A DNA stretch of 64,000 nucleotides from Octopus vulgaris. Lineage: Eukaryota. The stretch lies in NCBI GenBank assembly GCA_951406725.2, contig OX597839.1:28892001-28956000 (forward strand), given 5' to 3'. This document shows positions 1 to 11,720 of this stretch, piece by piece. The first letter of the stretch is position 1; the number at the start of each line of letters is the position of its first letter. Below the pieces are notes generated by a model. That model did no database searches. It worked only from the letters and a program-made list of their open reading frames with translations, and was not told the origin of the DNA. Both the position numbers and the translations under genes were made by a program.

Positions 1-404
1 GGGGCTAGGTTGGGTTCCAGATCAGCCTTGACTGTCATCAGTCAGGTTTTTCGTTGTCCACCACATCACTTTTGCCAATCCTGAAGGGGAGCTGGGGCAA
101 TTGCTTCGTAGATGAATTCTCCTGGTTGATGATGACTCATATCTCATGTGACCCACTTCTCAGGAAATGTTGTCCATGCCTGTCCTGTATGCTTTGATGC
201 GATCACACTGTACCTTCACTCGTGCTTTTGGGAAATCCAGTTGTCACATGTGAACCAGTGGGAAACGTTTTGAGCAAACTGATGGGGCTTTAAACCCCTT
301 CTATTCTCATAACTTGCAGCATTACCACAAGCTATAGCAAAGGTGAGGCACTGGGGCAGTCAGTAAAGTAAAAGGGAGTCACGTCGACTCCCAAGGGCTG
401 CTTT

Positions 405-608
405 CCTGGTTTCATGACATATAATCCCCACCTGGATGGGACACCAGTCCATCGCAGGATTCCTCAGATTTGCCAGCTGAGTGGAAGAGAGCAATATGAA
501 ATGAAGTAACTTGCTCAAGAACACAATGCATCACCCAGTCCAGGAATCGAAACCACAATCTTACAATCACAAATGCAATGCCCCAACCACTAAGCCATGC
601 ACCTCCAC
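405..608 (-). mobile_element. tRNA-headed SINE, family D
   Basis: Minus strand reads GGAGGTGCATGGCTTAGTGGTT (A box)...GGTTTCGATTCC (B box)...TGTGTTCTTGAGCAAG. Related copies near 4608-4930, 5065-5215, 5357-5575, 5610-5720, 11785-11940, 39088-39470, 51868-52110. Confidence 0.85.
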
Positions 609-699
609 ACTGGAACAGTCAGCCACTCACACAGATATTACTGGATATTTATGTGAAATGGAATACTAATAACGTAAAGTATACTAGCCATCTCAATAT

Positions 700-900
700 G
701 GCTAACCACAAAGGGTGGGTGTTACTGTAGCTTTTAGCCCCAAGAGATCGTCGTCTCCAGCTGGCTTTAGGCACACTATCCGTGCCCTTATGGTATTTGC
801 AAAGGGAGGCCATCCCTTTCTCGTAAGCCTAAGTGATACGCACCGGACCGCGGTTTCGAGGTAATTGCCTCTTGTCAATGGGCGGTAATCACTGGTTTAC
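700..900 (-). mobile_element. Penelope/retrozyme-like short element with decayed type I hammerhead fold (family E)
   Basis: Minus strand: TTGACAA-GAGG-CAATTA-CCTC-GAAA-CCGCGG-TC flanked by a long imperfect stem I. Flank is homologous to 42669-42856 and 43008-43120. Confidence 0.6.
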
Positions 901-1185
901 TAATACTAATAAAATAAAAGAAACAGTCCATTGTCCCTTGTTGGGCTCCCCTGAGTGGTTCAAATATGTCACAATTTGTAAAATGTAATTTATCAGCAAA
1001 TTACAGATTTCTGTCTCTTATTTCTTTCAGCTTCCAACTTTTTAAATGGCAAATCAAATGAAAAAGTCCCTTCAATATTTTTAAATAGTGTGGCCCACCT
1101 GATGAGGAGCTATGCTTCATGCGGCCCCTCTTCTTGAAAAAGGTTGCTCATGACTATTCCAAACAAATATATTTTATATATTTTA

Positions 1186-1568
1186 CAGGCATGGTTGTGC
1201 GGTAAGAGGCTTGCTTCCCAGCTTCAGGTTCTGAGTTCAATCCCCCTGCGTGGCACCTTGGGCAAGTGTCTTCTACTATAGCCTCGAGCCAACCAAAGCC
1301 TTGTGAGTGGATTTGGTAGATGGAAACTGAAAGAAGCCTGTCGTATATATGTGTGCATGTGTATTTATGTGTCTGTGTTTGTCCTCCCACCATCACTTGA
1401 CAACCGATGTTGGTGTGTTTACATCCCTGTAACTTGGTGATTTGGCGAAAGAGACCGATAGAATAAGTACTAGGCTTACAAAGAATAAGTCCTGGGGATT
1501 GATTTGTTCGACTAAAAGTAGTGCTCCAGCATGGCTACAGTCAAATAACTGAAACAAATGAAAGAGTA
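1186..1568 (+). mobile_element. tRNA-derived SINE family A, full length
   Basis: A/B box-like head, GGCACCTTGGGCAAGTGTCTT core, internal (TA)/(TG) tract, tail ...GAAACAA(G)TAAAAGA. Dozens of full or partial copies in the window. Confidence 0.9.
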
Positions 1569-2101
1569 AATTTTGAATGCAGAATAGCTGTGAAAACAAC
1601 TTAGAAGATTGGGTGAATAACCTTAGAAGATGGGGAAAAAATTGACCAGCAAGTTGCAACAGAGAATTGAACCATGTACCTTACAAATTTGGGCTGACCA
1701 CTTTGTATCATTAAGCTAAGAGATCCCTGACAACAGACATCATCTGTTATAATGTTAATTAATAGCTTTTGGAATACCAGTTCACTCAACATTTCTTTTC
1801 TTTCTTTATTTTTTCATCCATTGTTTTAAATCCAGGTTTTGTCCCCGTTAACTGGGGTGGCTGGATCTACCTCATTGCCATAGCAACTGCCCTTACACCA
1901 TCTCACCATCTTGCCTAGTTTTGGAAGGCCTCCTTTTTCAAACCAACCCTTCCAATCACCTCCTCCACCTTTCCCTCGGTCTACCTCGCTTTCACACTCC
2001 ATTTACCTCAAATGCAGTCATCCTCTTCAGAACATGCTCTTCAACCCCCCTCAAACACATGCCCATACCACCTCTAATTTATTGAGGTCACATGTCAACT
2101 A

Positions 2102-2223
2102 TTTCACAGCCATATATCATGTTCAATGCTTTGGTTCTCATTCAGTCGTCAAAGTTAAGCTACGTTGAGCCTAGGTGGTACTTGAACGGGTGACAACTTG
2201 GGAGATCTTGGTGATGTAAGCAT
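2102..2223 (+). pseudogene. Decayed 5S rRNA pseudogene
   Basis: ~120 nt colinear with metazoan 5S: CCATA..CA(T)GTT.AATGC..GGTTCTC...AAGTTAAGC.ACGT.GAGCC...GTACTTG.A.GGGTGAC...TGGGA...GGTG.TGTAAGCAT, with many CpG-decay changes. Confidence 0.8.
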
Positions 2224-2704
2224 AACATGTTTTATAGGCTCAGGTGTGGGCTTTGCGATAAGAAGTTTGCTCCCAAACTACATGGTTCTGGTTTCGGTTT
2301 TAGTCCCACTGCATGGCACCTCAGACATATGTATTCTATTATAGCCCTGAGCCAATCAGAGCCTTGTGCGTGGATTTGGTAAACAGAAACTGAAAGAAGC
2401 CTATTGTGTGTGTGTGTGTGTGTGTGTGTCTGTGTGGATATATATGTAGATAGAGATATATATATATAGAAGGGCATCCAGCTGTAGAGACCATGCCAAA
2501 TCAGACTGGAATTGGTGCAGCTCTCTGGCTTACCAGTTCCAGTCAAACTGTCCAATCCATGCCAGCATGGAAAGTGGACACAAGATGATGATGGCGGCAG
2601 TGGCTACTGCTGCTGTTGTTGATATGATGATGATGATGATGATGATGATAGTCAACAGATGAGTCTTTGTATGATAAAGAAATGGTCAATATGTATCTTC
2701 CAGA

Positions 2705-3350
2705 CAAACTGGCAGAGTCATTAGCATGCCAGCGAAGATGCTTTGTAGCATTTTGTCCATCTTTTATGTTCTAAGTTCAAATTCTGAAGAGGTCGTCTTT
2801 GTCTGTCATCCTTTCGTCGTTGATAAAATAAGTCGATAAAATTGAACACTGGGGTGGATGTAACTGACTTACACTCCTCCCCATAAATTGCTGGCCTTGT
2901 GCCAAAATTTGAAACCGATATTATTTTCTACTCTTGGGGAGGCGGGCAGTCGATTTGATTGACTCCAGTACACAACTGGTACTTAATTTATCAGCCCTGA
3001 AAGGATGAAAGGCAAAGTCAACCTCGGCAGAATTTGAACTCAGAACGTAAAGACAGACGAGATACCACTAAGCAGGTGTGCTAACGTTTCTGCCGGCTCA
3101 TTTTTAAAGGCTGTGAGATGGTGGGCGAAATGCTTTGCGGTATTTCATCTGTCTTTGTGTTCTGAGTTCAAATCCCGCTGACGTTGATTTTGCTTTTCAT
3201 CCTTACGGGGTGGACAGAATGAGTACCAGTTGAACACTTTGTGGGCTGGGGGGGGGGTTAGGTAGAGAGAGAAGTTGGTGCAACTGGGTTTCCCCCCTGC
3301 CCTCCTCCACCAAAACTGCTTGCCTTGTGTCGAAATTTGAAACTAATATG
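2705..3350. mobile_element. Cluster of three SINE family B copies in alternating orientation
   Basis: Head CTGGCAGA...GAGTTCAAATTC and core TTTGCCTTTCATCCTTTCGGGGTCGATAAA variants on +, - and + strands. Confidence 0.8.
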
Positions 3351-6081
3351 TATCTTTGACACTATAATGTTTTTCTTCGTTTGCAACACACCATCTCAGG
3401 TGAAATCACTTGTTCAAGCACACCTCCAAAATCCCTATACTTTTATGTTCGTCAACAAAGAGTAGGTGCAAGCATGGCTGTGTGGTAAGAAGCTCGCTTC
3501 CCGACCACATGGTTCTGGGTTCAGTCCCACTACATGGTACCTTGGGTGAGTCTCATCTACTATGGCCTCAGGCCGACCAAAGCCTTGAGTGGATTTGGTT
3601 GACGGAAACTGAAAGAAGCCTGTCATATATATTATTTTACTTGCTTCAGTCATTTTAACTGTGGCCATGCTGGAGCACCACCTTTAGTTGAACAAATCGA
3701 CCCCTGGACTTATTCTTTGTAAGCCTAGTATTTATTCTATCGGTCTCTTTTGTACTCAGAACAAAAAGAAAGATGAAATACCACTACGCATTTTACCTGG
3801 CGATTCATGCCTTTACCGATAAATATGTGTATGTATATGATTGTGTGTCTGTGTCTGTCCCCCCACCATTGCTTAACAACCAATGTTGGTGTGTTTATGT
3901 CCCCGTAACTTATCTGTTCAACAAAAGAGACTGATAGAATAAGTACCAGGCTTACAAAGAATAAGTCCTGGTGATTATTTTTGTTCGACTAAAGGCGGTG
4001 CTCCAGCATGGCCACAGTCAAATGACTGAAACAAGTAAAAGAATAAAGGAAAAAAAATAAAAAGAGGGGGAGGGGGAGGACAGAGGTAGAGGAAGAAGTA
4101 AGCTATGGTTTTTTTTTTTCTTTTTCTCAAGGTTATTATTGAAGAAATGAAGCGGTTTCTTCAATGGAGAGTAAAAACTAGGTCAAGGTCTTGGCTTCTT
4201 GCTTCAAGGGCAAGTGGGGCAATCACACTTGTTACATTTTGTATGGGAAAATTCCGGTTTGCCTTGATGAATATCTGGTATTTCAGTGTTGTTGTTGTCA
4301 TGAGTGTGTTGTTTCTTTCTCACCTGTAGGAAATCCTGGAGCATGTCGACATTAATTAATTGTGTTCCAACAACACATCCTTTTCTAAGGTGTTGGTGTT
4401 GGTATTGATGATGGTGGAGGTGGTGGTGGTGGTGGTAGTGGTAGAACATTTGTGGGAGATTTGGCTGCTGTTTCTAGCAGGGTAACTGACCTCATAGAGG
4501 CTTCTTCATTGACTCATGGTACCTTATGTTAAGCAACCCTCATCGTCATCGTCATCACCATCAGTATCATCATCATCATCATCATCATCGTTATCAACAA
4601 TCACTATGAAGTTGCGTGGCTCAATGGTTAAAGTATTTGGTTCACAATCATAAGGCCGTGAGTTCAATTCCCAGCAGCACATTATGTCCTTGAGCAAGAC
4701 ATCTTATTTATTGCTCCAGTTCACTCACCTGGCGAAAATGAATCATAGGTAGCTGTTTTTCAAAGGGCCAGCCTTGTCACATTCTGTGTCATGCTGAATC
4801 TCCCTGCAAATAAGAGTATGCATGACTGTGGAGTCCTCAGCCACTTGCACATTAATTTCGCGAGCAGGCTGTTCTATTCGATCAGATTAACTGAGAACCC
4901 TTATTGTTGTAACCAATGGGGTGTGCCAGTTTTTAACCAACCATCAACATCATCACCATCATCATCATCATCAGCAGCAGCAGTCTACTTTTCCATTCTT
5001 TTATGGGTCGGATGAGAATACATTAGGGATTGAGTTTTTTTCTGCCAGATGCCCTTTCTGATACAGGATCACTCATTTTTGCCAGCTGAGGGGACTGAAG
5101 CAGTGTGAAATGAAGTGTCTTGCTCAAGAACACAATATGTTGCTTCGTCCTGGAATTGAAACCACAATCTGATGATCACGAGTCCAACACTTTAACCACT
5201 AAGCCATGCACCTCCACGCACCCCACATTGTTATAAGACAATCCATTTATTGGTCCCCTGTTACCATTCTTGTTAAAAAAGGGTTGCTTTCTTCACGTTC
5301 CTGCAATGAATCACAAGGAAACCCACTGGTCAAAGTTAGCCCCATTCAACTGATGTGGAGTCACATGGCTTAGTGGTTAGGGTGTTGGATTCATGATTGT
5401 AAAATTGTGGTTTCGATTCCTGGATTGGATGACAGATTGTGTTCTTGAGCAAAACACTTCATTTCACAATGCTCCTGTCCACTCAACTGGTAAAAATCTG
5501 TAATCCTGCGATGGGCCGGTGTCTCATCTGGGCAGGAAATATATATGCCATGAAACCAGGAAACCGTCCCTTATGAGTCAACATGAGTTGAGAAGGTAAC
5601 CTTTTTTATTTGGCTTAGTGGTGAGGGTGTTGGACTCATGATCGCAAGATTGTAGGTTTGATTCCTGGACTGGGTGACACACTGTGTTCTTGAGCAAGAC
5701 CATTCATTTCACGTTGCTCAGCTAGCAAGAACAACATGCCAAGGAGAACTCAGTATATTGAGTAGGATATCTTGTTTTTTTACACCAAGCACCTGAACAG
5801 ACACACCCTTCATTGGTTGATGCGACACAACCAGATGCGTAATATCCTACCCCCATGGGACAGGTGAAGAATGGGTTGACAGGATTGTCATGTTGCATAA
5901 AGATTTGTATTAAACCCATCTTCTATTTCTTTCATCAATTATAAATTCAACAAACACCATGGATTTCCAGAAGTAGATCCAGTGAAAATAATATAGTAAC
6001 TGTGGATGACACCAGATAGCCCAAACAGCAAATGTGCTTTAATTGACATACAAATAGACATATACCCAAAGTCCAAATAGT

Positions 6082-6152
<71 letters not shown>

Positions 6153-6254
6153 TTAAACATAATAAATGGGTAATAATAAATTATTATTATCAGTGGCCTA
6201 GCACAAAAAACGAATTAGTCATTAGACTATATATTATTCATGCACATATATATA

Positions 6255-6313
<59 letters not shown>

Positions 6314-6797
6314 GTGGCTGTGTGGTGAGTAGCTTGCTTATCAACCACATAGTTCCAGGTTCAGTCACAAAGCCTTGTGAGTGGATTTGGTAGACGGAAA
6401 CTGAAAGAAGCCTGTCATATATATATATATATATATATTTATGTGGCTGGTGCCACATAAAAAGCATCCAGTCTGCACTGTAAAGTGGTTGGCATTTGGA
6501 AGGGCATCCAGCTGGTGAAAACCATGTCAAAACTAACCTTGCCTGTGCTGGTGCCATGTAAAAAGCACCAAGTCCACTCTGTGGAGTGGTTGGTTTTTAG
6601 GAAGGGCATCTTGGCATAAAAACCCTGCCAAAATAGACAGAGTAGCCTGGGGTAGTCTTCTACCTGGTTGGCTCCTGTCAGCCGTCTTATCCATGCATGC
6701 ATGGAAGACTGGCATTAAATGATGATGATGATGATGATATATATATATATATGTATGTATGCATTCATGCATGTATATATAGGTGTCTACAAATAAC

Positions 6798-6890
<93 letters not shown>

Positions 6891-7725
6891 GTGTGTGCGT
6901 GTGTGTGTTTGTGTGTGTGCGTGTGTGTGTTTGTGTGTGTGTGAGTGTGTTTGTGTGTGTGTGATCTGACTCTGCATTTAGGAAATTTCTATTTATTTTT
7001 ATAGTTTGTTTGATATTTATTTGTATATGTGTAACCAGTTTGTTGTGGTTGTTGGTGTGAGTACAATCCACTTCAACTTTAATCTAAAGATGTGTGGGGT
7101 GGGGTGGGGGAGGTGAAGTAAGCAAAAAAGCATTATTCACAATAAAAGATAAATTTTTTTTTGTTTTAAAATTTACTTTTTCTTTACACACACACACACG
7201 TGTATGTGCACACACACACACACCTCTCATTCACATGCACACACACACACACCTCTCATTCACATGCACACACACACACACACTCCCACACACATACTCC
7301 CCCCCCACACTCCCCCCACACACTCACTCTGTCTTTCTCTCTCTCTTTCTCACACACACACACATATATACACACACTCACACAAACATACACAACACAC
7401 TCTCACACACACACTCCCTCTCTCTCACAAACTCTCTCCCACTCTCTCTCCCTCTCCCTCCCCACCTTCGACAAGTCCAAAATGTCACAGGAACCCATGT
7501 CCTATAAGAATCCAAAGGCCAGGTGAGAAAGACAAAAACTGTTATCAACAGGTGAAGTGGATGATCAGAGAAGATACAAAAGTAAAGATAAAAGAAAACA
7601 GAAAAAAAAATGGCCTTACTTTCATTAAAAAAAACAAAAAAGCCAAAAAAACATCAAACATTAGTGAACCATTGGACATGTCAGAGATATCTGGAGGTGA
7701 ACGGGTTCTCTCTGTCTTCTGATTA

Positions 7726-7838
7726 CTCTCTCTCTCTCTCTCTCTTTCCTTCTCTCTCTCTCTCTTTCCTTCTCTCTCTCTCTCTTTCCTTCTCTCTCTC
7801 TCTCTTTCCTTCTCTCTCTCTCTCTTTCCTTCTCCCAT

Positions 7839-7910
<72 letters not shown>
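7726..7910. repeat. 20-bp CT-rich minisatellite followed by (TA)n(GA)n
   Basis: TCTCTCTCTCTCTCTTTCCT repeated about five times, then the dinucleotide tracts. Confidence 0.95.
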
Positions 7911-7914
<4 letters not shown>

Positions 7915-8684
7915 TGTACAACAAGGCACCAATGATCTGGTATGATTTCTATGGCTTGATGCCCTTCCTAATACCAACCACTCTGAGAGTGTAATGGGTG
8001 CTTTAACCTGCCCCTGGCACGGGTGCCAGTTATGCGACACCAGTATCTACCATGACTCTGATTTCATTCGGCTTGATGGATCTTCCTTCTCAAGCACAGC
8101 CTATTACCAAAGGTCTCGGTCATTTGTTATTGCCTCCACGAGGCCCAGTGCTCAAAAGGTGCCTTTTATGTGCCACCAACATGTAAAAATAATAACAACA
8201 ATAATAATAATAATAGCAATAATAATAATAATAATCATCCTTTCTACTTAAAACACAAGGCCTGAAATTTGGGAGAAGGGGACTAGTCGATGACATTAAC
8301 CCCAGTGATCGACCCCAAAAAGAAGAAAGGCTAAGTCAACCTTGGCGAAATATGATCTCAAGATGTAATGATGGACGAAATACAACCAGACATTTTGCCT
8401 GGCCAGCTAACGGTTCTGCCAGTTCACCACCTTCAATAATAATAATACATATATATATACATACATGTACATACACATATGCATATATATATATATATAC
8501 ACACACACATATGTATATATGTTTGTACATATACATACATATATACATATACATACATATATATATATATATATATACATACACACGCGCACATATATAT
8601 ACACACACATGTATATATGTATGTACATATACATACACATATACATGTACATATATATATACATACACACACACATATATGTGT

Positions 8685-8732
<48 letters not shown>

Positions 8733-8737
<5 letters not shown>

Positions 8738-8910
8738 GAGAATTCACAAAAAAAATACAAAAGACGAAGACAGGTGGTGTTGACAACAAACAGATGTATT
8801 AGTTTAACACTTGGGAAGTGAAAAAGTCTTTAACGTTTCGAGCCTAAGCTCTTCCACAGAAAGGAACAGGGAGAGAAAAGAAAGAAGGTATAGTGGCTAG
8901 CGATCTATCA
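8733..8910 (-). mobile_element. (TA)n-inserted Penelope pLTR-like element with minimal hammerhead-like motif (family H1)
   Basis: Minus strand CTTT-CTGTGGA-A-GAGC-TTAG-GCTC-GAAA-C-GTT-AAAG; homologues at ~26655, ~27800, ~47536. Confidence 0.7.
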
Positions 8911-8919
8911 TATATATAT

Positions 8920-8970
8920 TTCTCAGTCTTATGACTAAGATCAAGGTCTAATATCTACTCTTAACAGTTT
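8920..8970 (+). pseudogene. 3'-truncated U2 snRNA fragment
   Basis: TTCTCAGTCTTATGACTAAGATCAAGGTCTAATATCTACTCTTAACAGTTT aligns without gaps to the U2 5' end as I recall it (TTCTCGGCCTTATGGCTAAGATCAAAGTGTAGTATCTGTTCTTATCAGTTT), about 9 mismatches in 51. Confidence 0.75.
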
Positions 8971-9042
8971 TATACACACACACACACACACATACACACT
9001 CACATATACACACACACGCACGCACACTCACACGCACACACA

Positions 9043-9114
<72 letters not shown>

Positions 9115-9376
9115 CATGCATTTATTCATATGTGCAAATCTGTATATATATATATATATATATGTACATAGAAGTTTAAATAAATAAATTAGGGAACTGG
9201 ATAGATGAAAAGATAGGCTTCTAGTATCTTGTTAGCTAGCTGGATAGATAAAGACAAAGATAGTGTGAGAGAGAGCGAGAGAGGTGTAGAGAGGGAGAGA
9301 CCGAGGGAAAGAGGGATGTAGAGAGAGAAAAAGAGAAGAGAGAGCGAGAGAAAGAAAGATAAATGGAGAGGGAAAG

Positions 9377-9439
<63 letters not shown>

Positions 9440-9448
<9 letters not shown>

Positions 9449-9832
9449 CTGAAGTTGTGTGTGTGTGGCCAGTTTGGTAGCCTTGAATTAACATTATCTC
9501 CTCCGAGACCCTGTGGCGCAAGTTGACAAAAATTGAGAGTGTAATAGAAGAAGGCTTGCTCTTCCTTCCGTAGAAGAAAAAATTCAAATCGGACCATGTT
9601 AACACCAAAAATTAATTACATCAAAAAGGTGTTTTTTTTCTATGAAAATCCCTTTTTTTTTTACAATTTTTTGACTGCTGTGTCACCATTTTTCAGTGTA
9701 TTTCAACCAGAAAAATGTTCACTTAAAGAGAATAACAAGCTACATAATGCAAAATTTCTAGTTTTCAAAAATTCCAATTCTAAAGGGTCGAAAAGGAAAA
9801 CAAGCCCGAGCAACGCTGGGCTATACTGCTAG
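9440..9832 (+). mobile_element. Non-autonomous Helitron
   Basis: 3' GC hairpin GCCCGAGC-AAC-GCTGGGC (9804-9821) followed 7 nt later by CTAG|T; starts in a (TA)n tract; no TSD. Confidence 0.75.
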
Positions 9833-10149
9833 TATATATATAAAGAGAGAGAGTGAAAGAAAGAGAGGGATGTCGAGAGAGAGTGAAAGAGATGTAAAGA
9901 GAGAGGGAGAAAGGGAGAGAGAGAGAGATAGTTTATTTGTAGAGTAGAAAGCTAAACGGAACGGTATTGGTAGCCAGGCCCAGTGATTGGTAAGATGTAT
10001 TGATAGTTTGGTATTGTGGAGTTTCAGATAGGATGCGACTTCGGAATCAATAAATATGGATCAATTATAAATAGGAAAAAAAGACTTATGACATAATTGC
10101 TGGATGCTGGAATATTTAGAGATGGGGGGGAGTTGGTTGGTTGGGGGTG

Positions 10150-10461
10150 GGGGGCAACGGAAAGAATGAGGGAGGCGGGGAAGGAAAGAAAGAGAGAGAT
10201 AGAGGGGGAATAGAGAGTGTGACTGAGAGAGAGGGAGAGAGGGATAAGAGTGGGAGGAGAGAAAAAGGAAAAAGAAGACAGAGAATGGTAGAAAGATGAA
10301 AGACGGGAGGGAGAGAGAGAGATGAGGAGAGAGTGAAAGGGAGAAAAACAGGAAGAGAGAAAGATAGAAAGTTAGAGAGGGAGAAATGGAAAGAGAGAAA
10401 TGGAGAGAGAGAGAGAGAGAGAGGGAAGGTGAGAGAGAAACAGAGAGGGAGGAAGGGAACA

Positions 10462-10492
<31 letters not shown>

Positions 10493-10659
10493 TGTGTGTA
10501 TAGAGGAAGGAGAGAGGGATGAAATGTAGGAAAGAAAGAAGGAGAGATACAGACACAGAAAAAGGGAGGAAGAAGCAGAGAGGGGAGAGGGTGGGAGAAG
10601 CAGAGAGGAGAAGGAGTGGGAGAGAGGAAGGGGTGATAGAGATACAGAGGGAAGAAGTT

Positions 10660-10695
<36 letters not shown>
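10150..10695. repeat. Long polypurine (GA-rich) tract
   Basis: Strongly A/G-biased + strand. Similar tracts at 12950-13900 and 29750-30280 (CT-rich) and 44700-45600 (GA-rich). Confidence 0.95.
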
Positions 10696-10990
10696 ACTAA
10701 ATATAAAAAAAAGTAGCCGGAACGATCAGCGTTTGTGGAAACAGAACTTGTTTTGTTCTATTTTGAGCCAAATTGCATTGGAGTGGGTTTGAATATTCCT
10801 TGAAATAAGGGCACAAAGAACCAAACCAAAGCAGACAAGATCCACAAGAATGGACGGACACACACACACACACTGTGATCAAGGGAGTGGTTCTGTACCT
10901 TTTATGTGTTATTTGTTTCACTCATTGGACTGCAGCCATGCTGGGCCGCCACCTTGGAGAGTCTAGCTGAATACATTGATGGATGAACTA

Positions 10991-11197
10991 AATTGCAGCG
11001 TGGAAGGTGTTTATAAGCCATTTAAGAAACACACAAAAACCGTTAGATTCACTTCAACATTCAACTGACGTCAGTGAACAAATCGCGGACTCAAAGCGAT
11101 GAAAATATTTTGACAAATTAAACTTAAATGTTGAAGTGAATCTAACGGATTTTGTGTGTTTCTTGAATGGCTTACAAACACCTTCCACGCTGCAATT
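10991..11197. repeat. Near-perfect 71-bp inverted repeat from a dispersed element family
   Basis: Arm 10991-11061 is the reverse complement of 11127-11197 with about 3 mismatches; single-arm relatives at 34240-34435 and 47745-47852. Confidence 0.9.
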
Positions 11198-11199
11198 GT

Positions 11200-11720
11200 T
11201 GTATTTTTATATAATATTACTATTAATCCAGCTTCCCAAACGTACTTGTATGTATCAGAAAAACATACTGAGTTGTTGAACCATACGATCTATGTTAGTG
11301 TTTTATGGTGTTCTCCATTGATATGGGCAATTATCAGTAGAAAATACTGTACTGTAGACCCATAGGATATATACAAACACTCTACGCTGTCCTCCATTGA
11401 CATTGGTGTTACCCTAAACCACAATAAGTTAAGGTTCAGGTTTTATACAACCCTTAGTTTTGGGTTGAATTTTTTTCAAGTTCAAATTCTGTCTTGTATT
11501 GATATGTAATTGAAAGATTCTTAGATCTAAGTGTAGGAAGTTTGTAAGCTTTGAGCAGTCTGTGGTAGGTATAAAAAAACACCGTTCAGGAGAAATAATA
11601 ATTTATTGGCAGAGAAGATTGTAGGCTTTTCCCATATTGAAGTTTGATAAGCTGAAAAAATTTATGTATAGCTCACAATGGGCAACTTGAGTTGCTATGA
11701 ATAAAATCTGAGGATCAAGG
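11200..11720 (-). mobile_element. Possible heavily decayed Penelope-like ORF remnant
   Basis: Broken minus-strand frames give NFLHLDL and IVWFN, resembling the PLE motifs NFLD and IIWFNPP; many stops. Confidence 0.3.

Noticed and set aside
1099-1140. CTGATGAG hammerhead-like box
   Set aside because: No properly placed GAAA or stems; it lies in a hAT-like terminal sequence.
1874-1887. X-box-like ATTGCCATAGCAAC
   Set aside because: Imperfect first half-site and no promoter context.
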